Assembly (NCBI RefSeq): GCF_009914755.1
Contig: NC_060947.1
Direction: 5' to 3' (one strand)
DNA length: 64,000 bases
Origin: the human T2T-CHM13v2.0 reference genome, Homo sapiens
Part shown: piece by piece, positions 13,280 to 25,114 of the stretch
Layout: every line of letters begins with the position of its first letter
Numbering within the stretch: position 1 is the stretch's first letter
Made by a program: the position numbers and the translations under genes
The notes under the pieces: model-generated
Database searches by the model: none
The model's input: the letters and a program-made list of their open reading frames with translations, nothing else
What the model was told of the DNA's origin: nothing

Positions 13280-13491
13280 GTGCTCCCAGTGAGTGAGTCT
13301 GATGTTCCAGAGACTCCACAGACAGTCATCATGTGTTAATACTGGAAACTGCCCCGCCTCCCCCACCGACAACACACACTAAAAAAGGGGAAAAGAAAAC
13401 CAGACAACCTGCAGTTTGAATTTAGATGTATGAGACAAAGTGACAGCCTTAACATTCACCAAATTTAAAGAGGCAACATTGAATGGTAAGT
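13280..13491 (+). promoter_or_regulatory. Candidate alternative promoter / first exon ending at a strong donor
   Basis: GC-box-like GCCCCGCCTCCCCC (13351-13364) in non-repeat sequence, then ATG|GTAAGT at 13485/13486 with no good upstream acceptor. Confidence 0.3.
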
Positions 13492-14726
13492 TATATTTTA
13501 AAATATCAAACACCGAAATGTTAAACTTTCAGAAATATGAAGGTTTTAAAATGTCAAAACTAGGCATTTTTTAAAAATCCCACAGATCTAATTTCAAAGT
13601 GACAAAACTAAATAGAATGTCTCTCTGAAAGGTACTTTTGTTAAAATGAAACAGTGTTTGAATTCAGTGGGTGATTATTCATTGCTCTGGCATTTATTTT
13701 ACGATCTCAGTAAAAACTCAGGAGACAACAACTCCATGTAATATGACAGAGTTGGACTGACTGGCATTTTTGCAGTTCTCACTAACGGGATTGAATCCAT
13801 CAAGACTTGGATAGTGGTGGTTGCTTGAGCCTCTCAATACCTGAATTTTCCTTCATAAGCAACTCCATGTGGAGCTCTGGCAAGAAATGGTGGTATGTAA
13901 GGTTGGGCAAAGCAGCTTGCATCTTCTTCAGACTTGGATGTGTCTCCTGATTCCCCGGATTTAGTTGCCAAATTCTCTCCTCCTTTTTACTCCTCTTGGC
14001 TTATAGATCTGTTTACTAGCCAATGAGCTGTTTGATGTCTGAGGGAAACCTCTGCAGATGGAAAGGATTCTTTAGAGTAAGTTGGCTTCTATCTGCATGT
14101 TTAGTTTAGTAGAGTTATCTTTGCAAAAATCCTAGTTTTTCATGTGTTTTGAAGTTCAGTATGGAAATCTTATTATTCTATTTTTAAGTGTAGTTAAATA
14201 AGTACAATTACCTTCATGTTTTCTTTGGCTAATATTTAATTAATTCAAGTCAAACAAATTCTACTTAAATAATCATACCCATTTTCAAAGGTAGTTAAAC
14301 ACCCTTAAATATTTTATACTGCAATTATGCATTTAATATAGTATATTTTCCTTTGAAGTGCTTCCAGTGACCTGATAGGGCAAATCAGTATGCAAACAAT
14401 CAAAGCTTTCCAAGCATTTAAAAGTACTCTTATAAATATAATAAACTTACAAAGCAAATAAGCTTTTAAAAATGTTCCAATTATATTTAAAAATACAATC
14501 AATTTTCTTATTCCTTTCAGCTTAAAATGGCAAAACTAATGTATAGTTTCTTAAATCACCTATATAACATATATTCTTCATAAAATTAACTCAAAAGTAC
14601 TAATTCTGTGAGTTGATGTTATTTCCATTGTTGGCTTAATTCTAAACATTCCGGGTGTTGAGATGTTTATTACTGTGGCAGAAACTTCCAGTTCCTCCCC
14701 ACAGCCATCCTTCCCTTCCTCTATAA

Positions 14727-14932
14727 TAGGCACTGGCAGACTTTTTCTGTAAAAGGCCAAACAGTAAATATTTTAGGCTTTGCAAGCCACATATGCTCTC
14801 TGTTGCATATTTGTCCTTTATAAAAGAAAACAACCATTTAAAAATGTAAAAAAAAAAATTTTAACCCTCTGGCCATACAAAAAAGATCAGTGGGCTGATT
14901 TTGGCCTGTCAATTGTAGTTTATTGACCCCTG
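14727..14932 (-). mobile_element. MER58 hAT MITE
   Basis: GGCAGACTTTTTCTGTAAAAGGCCAAACAGTAAATATTTTAGGCTTTG...TTGACCCCTG; degenerate 8-bp TSD CTCTATAA/TTCTAGAA. Confidence 0.85.
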
Positions 14933-14974
14933 TTCTAGAATTTTAAAATCATTCGATTTTTTTTTTTCTTTTAG

Positions 14975-15282
14975 GTGGGCACATTTCCCAGACTCTCTTG
15001 TAGGTAGGTGGCCATATGACTAATTTCTGTCCTCTTTCCCTCCGAATGCAATGCGGACCTAATGGTGCAGCATCTTGGCTCTGTAGTTAGGAACAGCACC
15101 ATGGGGATGGCAGAGCAACAAGCTAGAAGGAGACTGGGCTCCAGGGCACTGCAGGAACTTTATGCCTCTCTGAGAACTGAGCGGTGTTGACAACCAGCCT
15201 AGACTTCTAGGTGAGACAAGAATATATTTCTAACTTGTTCAAATTCCTGTAACCTGCAGCCAAATCTGTATAGCTAATCTAC
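14975..15282 (+). mobile_element. MLT1I/J-like LTR fragment
   Basis: CACATTTCCCAGACTCTCTTGTAGGTAGGTGGCCATATGACTAA...GATGGCAGAGCAACAAGCTAGAAGGAG...TGCAGCCAAA. Confidence 0.6.
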
Positions 15283-17699
15283 TTTCTTAGGGGACAGATT
15301 TCAAACCTCAGGGGAACTCAAGTTAATGAGTCAAAAATTCATACCCACCATATGGCTGTCAATTATTTGATAATTGCTTTCAACTTCTCTTTATTTTTGT
15401 GATGAAATCCTGCACCTTTCACCCAGGCCTAAAGAAGTTCTAATGCTATTCCATTGAATTTTAAAATTCTCTTCATAATTTGGTAGAAAGCCCAGTGACA
15501 TGTTTTTGGTGCCTTGTTTTGTGCATCAGTTCTTTGGTTGGTTTCTTCTGAGAAGTCTGGACTGTTTGTGGGTAAGAACAAAGGACCGTTGATTTCTTTC
15601 ATGTAAATTGTACCCCCAAAGCATAAATAACTCTGAGACTCCACTCCTAAGGCTCTGGATCAAGTCTCCCTCATTAATTTCTTTCTGAGACCCAGTACCC
15701 ATCTGGTCCTGGGACAGCCATGCATTGCTATAGCTGCGTTTCTTCTTTGGCCCTGTGTTTCTGAGCCTCAGTTTTGATAACATGCTCTGACTTCTCGGGT
15801 TCTAGAGCTCTGGCTTATGTTTGCCAGTCTTCTTCCAGAATGGAATATACTGCCAAATCTCTGTTTCATGATAAGGTCCCCTTAAAGATGCAAGTGCTTG
15901 ACACATAGTAGAGATTTAATAAAAACAAATTATCTTATCGTTAATACTTTTGAAAACTAGAATAAAGCCATAACTTTAGGTGACACTTCTTACTGGCCTT
16001 AAAAATAAAATTATACAATATAAATGTTTTCTGCCAGATTAAATTGGTCTCTTTGCACATGAAAGTTGGGTGGGTGGGTGGAAAACATCTAAAATTTATG
16101 GAAAATATTTTCTTATGAAGAAGCTGAGACATACTTTCCCCAAAAGCAGCATTAATATCCTGAGAGCACTTTACTTGAGTGGCTCAATTTTTGTTTGTAG
16201 GTTCCTAATGACTGATGGACATTTAATCATTTTTGCCTGATGTATGTTTTTCAGTTGAGGTTCTTGATGCATGAGAAGTAACCTACTGAATTTCTTGAAA
16301 AATAGCTTGCCTCTCAATGTTAAGAGTGTGGACTTGACATATTTAGAGAAGCTTTCATGTACTGTCTTTTACATGCAATCTTTGGATGCTTTCTTTACTT
16401 TGATCTGTGTAAATGAGAAAGGATAAAAATGTATGGTTTAACCAAATTCTGGTGAGGTGACTTCTTGATTATTTATGAAGCTGGAAATGTTTAAGTGTTT
16501 CATTTATTCTTAAAATTCTGTCTTACTATTAGATGTATATTGAAGATTACATTTATCTTGGCACATATATTTGACTTACCTTTGGGCCACATCTTTTCTA
16601 AATTTACTTGAAAGTGGAGTTGGAAATATTTCTTAAGTATCTGCAGCTATTTTATTCAGGAATATTGAAATGTAAGGGAATATTAGAACACATTTAAATT
16701 TTCCAATGATGTCATGTTATATGAACTTAATGATTTATTAATTTGTCATCAAGTTGGAAGTTAATTAAAAATCAAAGTTCTTTAGCAACATGAATCACTG
16801 AAGCTTTTTCCCTGAATTTTTTTTCTTGGTGACTGGCATTGTTGAAGGAGTTCATTCCTGATTACTGGCCTTTAAAAATACCAACTAAACTTGCTTACAA
16901 ATTGCAAGCATAATGACGTAAGATATTGTCTTGCCGTTGAATAAGCATAATATTCTCCTCTTAAAATTTTCTCACTTAGCTTTACCAGAACCCAACTTTC
17001 CAGACTAGGGAGAGTTGGTACTTCATTTGTCATAGGAACTCTATCTGTACATTTTAAAAAATCTGTTATGATTTATACCCTGTTGTAGATCATCTTAACA
17101 CTTACCAATGAGTCATTGCTAAAAGCACAATATCAAATTTATTGTTTGTTTGTAAGAAACCTAAATAAAGAGTGAAAAGAGACCTCAAGGCAAAGAGAAA
17201 TTTTTGAAAAACATAGAACTCTATAACACAAATGACAGAGAATTCTTTCTCCACCTTTTAGTAGAGCATTGTGTCATGGTAGATATCTCTCTTAAACTCT
17301 TGATGTTTCCATGAACCGATAGCTGCATGTTTATGTGGATGCCATTGGGCTGTGTACAGCAATAAGCATCTCCTATAATAATGAGGTGATAGAATATTAA
17401 TCATCCTCAAAAAGTCCTTATAAAATCAATTATATGAGAAAATGCTTAATAGATCATGTTTTGATTAAAAAATGGATAAATATATAAATGTGACATATAT
17501 AATTTTGTTACATTTTACATTTTCAGCCTTCTTTTTACATAGCAATTATATAAATATAAAATATGAAACATGTAATTGGTAATTATACATAAATTAATAT
17601 TTTATAGGTAAATATTTTCCCTTCTGATATATATGCATATATGTGTGCGTGTATATATGCGTGTACATTATACCAGAAGGGAAATACTATAGCACCCCG

Positions 17700-17770
17700 T
17701 TGAGTTGAACAATATAAAATTGTGTTGACATTCAACCTTTTATTAACTCACAAAAATGGTCGTTTTCTGG
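17700..17770 (+). mobile_element. MADE2-like mariner MITE, 3' TIR degraded
   Basis: TTGAGTTGAACAATATAAAATTG...ATTCAACCTTTT...ACAAAAATGG versus the recalled MADE2 consensus TTAGGTTGAACCATATGAAATTG...ACAAAAACGG. Confidence 0.6.
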
Positions 17771-18142
17771 GTAGTGAGTCGGTGTGAGACTTTTCTCGAA
17801 GTAGGTATGTTTCCTTTACTTTATGATCCAAGGTTTTTTTGAGAGGCATTTATTTATAACCTTTATTATCAGGAAGAAACCTCCAAGAAACTTGTTCAAT
17901 GAAGCCTCAAAGGCAGCCCCTCCTCCTCTCTCTCACTCTGATCTTGCCATCTTTCCATCCTGGTTGTCTGCAGTAGCCTCTTTCCAGGTAGCAGTGCTAA
18001 TGTTCTCCCCAAACACACCCCAACTTCTTCTTCTTAACCTCCTGCCCCTTGTGTCCAGCTGGTTGCAGACTCTCTTCTTCCATCATAACTGTCTTCTTCT
18101 CTTTCTGTTGTTACTCCTCTAGTTAAACACAGTAGAAAGCAG

Positions 18143-18350
18143 CAATCATTTTAATAGTGATTACTATGTGCCAGCCATTGTTCTAAGCCTTATACATGTT
18201 ATTTAATCCTCATAGTGACCTAAGAAGTAGATAATATTATTATCCTTCATTTTAAGATGGATGAGGAAACTGGGGGACAGACAGGCCAAGTGACTTACCT
18301 GATACATAATCCATATCCACAGATCATACGCTTAAGTAGCAAGCCATACT
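18143..18350 (-). mobile_element. MIR
   Basis: TTACTATGTGCCAG...ATTTAATCCTCATAG...GATGAGGAAACTG...AAGTGACTTACC. Confidence 0.8.
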
Positions 18351-18459
18351 TCTCTCTAGGTACCTTATTTTGCCTCTTCAGTGGTTTCTATCATTTCTAA
18401 AATGAGCAGCCACATTTTTGCCTCAAGGCCTAACATCATGGTTCTTCCTTTGCCTAGAA

Positions 18460-18683
18460 TATGGGCCACCAAACTACATCCTGTGGGCCAAACCTATCCT
18501 GTCCCTACTCCCACCTGTTTCTGTAATAGTTTTATTGGAACACAGCCATTCATTTTCATATCATCTGTGGCTACTTTCTTGGTATAACAACAGAGTTGAG
18601 TAGTTGTGACCAAGACCACATGGCTTGCAAAGCCTCAGATATTTATTATCCAGCCCTTTAAAGAAAAAGTTTGCCAACTCCTG
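18460..18683 (+). mobile_element. MER58A hAT MITE
   Basis: Consensus-like body; perfect 8-bp TSD GCCTAGAA at 18452-18459 and 18684-18691. Confidence 0.92.
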
Positions 18684-18709
18684 GCCTAGAATACAGTTTC
18701 TGTGTCCAA

Positions 18710-19230
18710 CCATTCCAGTTACTATAGCTGTGTATTCAATTACCCCAAATCTTAGTAGTGCAAACAACCATTTATCATGCTCAGGGAATTTATGGGTCAG
18801 GAATTCCAACTGGACATGGCATTTCTTCTCCATGACATCTGGTACCTGGACTGAGAAGACTCAGCCAGCTCAGGACTGGAGCAGCCGGGGCTTTTCAGGC
18901 ATCGCTTCACTCCCTAGCTCTGGGTGGACTTCGCACATGCTCTTTTCAGCCTAGTAGCATCCAGACTTCTAACATAGGGTCTGGGTTCCCAGTGTACATG
19001 TCCCAAGAAAGAGAGCCAAGCATAAGCTGTTGCATCTTTTTTGACTAGCCCCAGAAATCACGCACCAACTACTTCTGTATTATCTTGATCAAGGCAGTCA
19101 CAAAGATCTTCCCAGGTTCAAGCTGAAGGAACACAGGCCATACCTATCACCAATGACACATTATAAGAAGAGTATGGTAGAATGGAATATCTATTGGTGT
19201 GACTATCTTTGGAATATAAAATCCACCATC
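18710..19230 (-). mobile_element. MLT1H-like LTR
   Basis: AATTACCCCAAATCTTAGTAG...ATGGGTCAGGAATTC...GCAGTCACAAAG...CCCAGGTTCAAG. Confidence 0.7.
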
Positions 19231-20050
19231 CACATCCACCCACCTGTCTTTAACTCTAGACATCTTCATATCTCCTCAAACCATAACCAGGAACTCACTG
19301 TCCTGGGCTAAAAAAAATTTCTGCCATGTTCCACCTCATCTCTGAAACTGTTGCTTATCCTCATATCTGGGAGGCACATTCATCTTACTGTTTTCTCATT
19401 CTGTTAGTAGAAAACTTCAAACTTTTAATCTAAGCCCTGAGGATTACTCCCAGCCTGAAGCTCTGTTCCTTAGGTGTGTCTTATTGTAAATGTGTTTGTT
19501 TGCTTGCTTGTTCTTCTGAGCCAGAGTCAAACCTTAAAATCTGCAAGTGGCTTTCTTTCCTCCCTGTGTCTAAGCAAGGTTTCTGCTCTGCCCTAGGTTT
19601 AAAAATCTTCATTACCGCTTTCTGCCGTCTGCAGAAATTCTATGTGAAGGGGACACAGGTGGCACCTGGGTCAATGTGAAAAGTGTTTGTGAAAGGAGGG
19701 AACCAGGGTACTTGTCTTAAAGCTAGATTTATTACAATATTTCACACACAACTAAAAATGTCAGTGGACATTATTTGAAAATTGCAAGCAGTGGGGTTGA
19801 TGCCTTTATGTTATCCCCTGGTTCTGCCACTGTCTTTCTTGGTTTTGGACTCTCCCCTTCACCTGGTATAATTTTTGTTGTTTTAGGGAAGTAAGCTGCT
19901 TCAGGGTAGCTTTAGGATTTATCAAAGGAAAGAGAAGGTTGAAAAGAAGGGAAGTAGATCATAAACATGATTTGTCTTCAATCCAAGCCTGCCAATAATA
20001 GTGGGTAAAAGAAAAAGAATCCTTCCTTAGAAATTTAAATGCATTCAGAG

Positions 20051-20100
20051 GCTCTCTTAGTGCAGTGGGCAGCGCGTCAGTCTCATAATCTGAAGGTCCT
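20051..20100 (+). pseudogene. 3'-truncated tRNA-Met(CAT, elongator) retropseudogene
   Basis: GCTCTCTTAGTGCAGTGGGCAGCGCGTCAGTCTCATAATCTGAAGGTCCT matches the first 50 nt of elongator tRNA-Met (anticodon CAT at 20084-20086, stem TCAG/CTGA); no T-loop/B box and no poly(A); 19-bp TSD AGAAATTTAAATGCATTCA at 20029-20047 and 20102-20120. Confidence 0.93.
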
Positions 20101-20291
20101 AAGAAATTTAAATGCATTCATGTCTGTAAAGAACAGTAAAAAAGCAGGAACACATTTTTGATGATTCACCACATAGGTACTTGATAAGCTTGATACTCTT
20201 AATTGGCAAACTGGATTTTCATTACAGTTCATCTCAGAAAATAATATTTTGGTTATGTCTTTCCCACTCTTATAAAATTTTCCACCCAGGT

Positions 20292-20507
20292 CAGAGGTCA
20301 GTAAACCGTGCCCTGCTGGCTAAATCCAGCCCTTCATCTGTTTTTGTAAATAAAGTTTTATTGGAACGCAGTCATGCCCATTCATTTACATGTTGTGCAT
20401 GATTACTTTAGCACTACCGTTAGACTGAGTAGCTGTAAGAGAGATCACATGGTCTGCAAGGGAAACATTTACTATCTGGAGTTTTACAGAAAAGTTTGCT
20501 GACCTAA
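20292..20507 (+). mobile_element. MER58A hAT MITE
   Basis: CAGAGGTCAGTAAAC...TGTTTTTGTAAATAAAGTTTTATTGGAAC...TTTACAGAAAAGTTTGCTGACC. Confidence 0.9.
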
Positions 20508-21319
20508 AGTGTATGTTGCCATTTAAACTAATTTTTAGATTTTTTTCCATTTAAATGTCAGATAATACAGTGAATCACATGGTGAATTTTAGTAGGGTTA
20601 TATTCAACTTTACACTGAATTATGTAGCTAGTCAGTATAAAGGTGTCAGGAGAAACCAAGCTACCTCTTAATTTAGGTACCTGTATGATTGGACTTGAGA
20701 AATAAACTTTCTAAAAAAGAATTTTGGTCATTAGTGTTCATTAACATCCTTATTTTTTTAACATCTCAGAAGAATTAATGAAAAAAATAAGAGATCAAGA
20801 CAAGAATTTATGAATCTATGAGATGAACTCTTTGGAAGAAAAAGTAAGATTAATATCCTATTAATGTATAATGATAATTGATTTAAAAGAAATTTATGAA
20901 AAGATTTCCAGTGACTTTCAAAAATGGTTACAGTAGTGAAACTCCTTGGCTATAACAACGAAATATTAGGGATTGTTGAGACCTGCAGGCTGTGACAATA
21001 GGAGTCTCAGCATGGGCTTGGGGGTGGTAGGAGTGAGCAATCATCACTTATGACCTATTGTGCAAAGTAGGGGTGAATGTTCCTCAAAGAAAGGTAGAAA
21101 TTTGTCTGGTCAAGGAATACAAAGTTGTCTGAGAATTTAGTTATTGTAGTTTATATCATCCATAATCAAAATTTATAGATCTTTATTGAATTTATTTTTC
21201 TCTACTTCTAGCATAACCCACTCTCTCCCCTAAATGGGAGGAGAGGAAATAGATTCACTCTAAAAATAGCAAAATAGTAGAGTTGACTTTAATTAAAGCC
21301 TTTCAAGGGTGATAATCAT

Positions 21320-21712
21320 GACTGTCAAAATTTAAAGAAAGTATAAGAACCTAAGAGATCAACTAGACCAGAGTTTTAAACTATGCCCCAGGTTCTGAAA
21401 GTTCTGTGGGGCACCCTTAGGGGCCATTGCAGTTGGGGGCCTGTGAATTAGTTCAGTGTATGATCCCTCCCTACTTTCAAACATAACAGCTATGCTTTTG
21501 TTTTCTATGACTGCCTTACATATAACATTTGGTTTATGATGGGTTTTTAGTAAAATGTTTTGAAACCATAGGTTCTAGGCCAACTCTTCAAATTTTGTAG
21601 ATGAGGAAACTGAAGCTACCATAATTTGGAAGGCTTAACTTGGGTCATACATTGAATTACAGTAGAGCTAGAATTAGAATCTAAGTCTCCTGTGTCTCAA
21701 TCAAGAGCTTTT
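21320..21712 (-). mobile_element. MIR interrupted by a hAT-Charlie MITE (~21369-21570, MER102/MER112-like)
   Basis: MIR core TTTTGTAGATGAGGAAACTGAAGC at ~21595; the insert has CAGAGTTTTAAAC...TTTGAAACCATAG termini flanked by CTAG-type sites. Confidence 0.55.
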
Positions 21713-21724
21713 AAAAATGATTTG

Positions 21725-22023
21725 GGCTGGGCACCGTGGCTCAGGCCTATAATCCCAACACTTTGGGAGGCCAAGATGGGAGGTTCACCCGATCTCAGGA
21801 GTTCAAGATCAGCCTGAGCAACACGACGAAATCTCGTCTCTACAAAAAATATAAAAATTAGCTGGGCACAGTGGTATGCACCTGTATTCCCAGTTACTCA
21901 GGAGGCTGAGGTAGGAGGATCGCTTAAGCCTAGGAGGCCAAGGCTACAGTGAGCCATGTTCACACCGTCGCACCCCTGGGTGACAAACTAAGACCCTGTC
22001 CCAAAAAAAAAGACAAAGAAAAG
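21725..22023 (+). mobile_element. AluJ, full length
   Basis: Two arms, A-rich linker and A tail; J-type GAGGATCGCTTAAGCC. Confidence 0.95.
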
Positions 22024-22159
22024 ATTATATAAAAAGGAAGAGCAGGCTCTGATGCCTTAGTCTACTGAGAGAAAAGGGTAAACTTTTGTATATTTAATGC
22101 AATAAGAGTAGGAGTTTAGTATTTGTGAGGTACTTTGACTTTTGTCATCACATTCTACT

Positions 22160-22338
22160 AATAGTGCTCAAATTTTAGTGTGCATAAGAATTGCCTGGGA
22201 AACTATTAATAATGTTTTAAAAGTCAGCTTCCCAGTTATCCTTTCTAGAAATTCTGATGTGGAATATCTGCATTTTAGTCAAACATCCCAGGTGCTTCCA
22301 TACAATGTTTTATGTACCATACTTAGAAAAATACTGTC
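22160..22338 (+). mobile_element. MER5-like MITE
   Basis: CTCAAATTTTAGTGTGCATAAGAATTGCCTGGG...TCTGCATTTT...CCCAGGTG...CATACTTAGAAAAATACTG. Confidence 0.6.
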
Positions 22339-22454
22339 TTAAAGCCTTATAGTTGTATCAGGAAGGCTAGCAGTACAGACATTATAAGAGATTCCTTGGT
22401 ACCAGGCCCTCTATTGAGGCAAACTACTACAAAGTAGATACTTTTAATATATAA

Positions 22455-23330
<876 letters not shown>

Positions 23331-23939
23331 TTACTAAATTATAACCTAGAATATACTCTCATGGTCCAAATAATGATACTTTCTGTGCTTTTCTATGGTG
23401 TGGCAGATTAAATAAAAATTTGCATACTTTCTAACTTAATCTTTTTCTGTAGAAATTAACTTTATTCCCAAAAGCCTATATATTCATATTGCCAATTACT
23501 TGAATATTATTATATGGACTTGTAGATGGCAGATAATTTAGAGCAAGATGGAAGGCAGTGTGAACCTCTAGGGACAATTCATTTCTCAAACATGCCCTGA
23601 GCAACATATCAATTTCATGGGAATAAGCATTAATTCCCGTAGGTTCTGGGTTCCTGAAAAAGTCCATGTATGCCCTAGATGTACCTTCCTTCAAATCACA
23701 AGACTAATTTCTCCAGTTTACTTTCTTTCTTCACTATAGCCCTTTGACATTTGAGATTGGTACTTGTCTTTCTAATTTTTGCAAAACACTTAAGTTTACT
23801 TATTAAACACTTCTCTGTTGATATTTCATTGGAAGCAAGACTATACATTTACATATGCTTCTGACTTTAAGGTTGTTACCATCATCTTTACTCAATTCAG
23901 TGATTAAACAACAACAACCACCACCACTACCACCCTTGT

Positions 23940-24460
23940 TACCTAGCATTAACTAATGCAATACTGCTTAGCAAACATAGAAGGAAATACAAAAATATAG
24001 AAGAACTGAAATACATGGTTCTTGTCTACCACGGGCTTACCATTTAGTTGTTCTCAAGATGTAGACAAAGGAAAATACAATGCACAGAACCTTGTCAGAT
24101 ATAACTAGATATCCATATGAATAAAGTACTAATGGAATTTGGAAGAGGTGATTACTGTGAGCTGAAACAGAGGAAGGATGGTTAGAGGAAGTTAGACTTG
24201 CTGGAATCCTGAACGATGGGTAGACTGTCCGACTGGAGTCAACGGATAAGAATGTTCCAAGTACAGGTAGGGAAGGAACATGTGCAAAGGCTTCTTGTTA
24301 GGAAAGAGCACACCCAATTTGGAGAAAAGTGAATCAACTGGCCTTCATGAAGAGGAAATATGAAATAGGAGCACATTAGGGGGTTAACTTAGATGTAGCT
24401 TCAATTTGGTGGACCCTGAATGCTGGGTGGAGATGCCTGTGCTTAATGCTGTAAAAAGGT
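23940..24460 (-). mobile_element. L2 fragment
   Basis: ACATGGTTCTTGTCTACCACGGGCTTACCATTTAG...AACATGTGCAAAGGC, purine-rich reversed-L2 pattern. Confidence 0.6.
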
Positions 24461-24469
24461 AGAAATGAT

Positions 24470-24940
24470 ATAATAGCGACATCAGGAAATGGTTAAGGGA
24501 ATTGTGACACATCCACAGGATGGAATATAAAGTGTCATTAAGATGATGTTTATGAAGATTTTATAATGTAAAGTTTAGCTCATAAGTGAAAATAAAGATA
24601 TGTACATATTTATATGGCATAACCACAACAGTATGAAAAAATATGCTATGAATATAAAACAGAATGAAAATAAATATATTAAGGCCAGGTGTGGTGACAC
24701 ATGCCTTTAATCCCGATACTTTGGGAGGCCAAAGAGGGACGATTGCTTGAGCTTCGGAGTTCGAGACCAGTCTTGGCAACATAACAAGACTCTGTCCCTA
24801 CAAAAAATAAAAAAGGAAAGAAAATAAATATACTAAAATATTTAAAATCATGTTCTTAAGATTCATAAATTTTGAATGACTGCTTTCTTTTTTCCATTTT
24901 ACTTTTCCAGTCCTTCATGATCAGCATACATTGCGTTTTA
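24470..24940 (+). mobile_element. Old L1M 3' end hosting a FLAM
   Basis: GGAAATGGTTAAGGGAATTGTGACACATCCACAGGATGGAATAT. Confidence 0.55.
24683..24819 (+). mobile_element. FLAM (free left Alu monomer)
   Basis: Single left arm plus A tail; 17-bp TSD GAAAATAAATATA(T/C)TAA at 24666-24682 and 24820-24836. Confidence 0.92.
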
Positions 24941-25114
24941 TATTAAAAACTAAATAATAATTAAAAGTATTTGTTTATTGTGAACAAGGAACCGCATGGA
25001 CAGTAAAACAAATATAATTCAGGCTATTTATATGCTAGTGGGAAGAAAACCAGGCATCCCATGAACAGTTAAATAACAATATAGTAATTGAATTATAGCT
25101 CTCCAAAATATTTT

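Noticed and set aside
20051-20100. Functional tRNA-Met gene
   Set aside because: Lacks the T-loop/B box and 3' acceptor strand, and is flanked by TSDs, so it is a retrocopy
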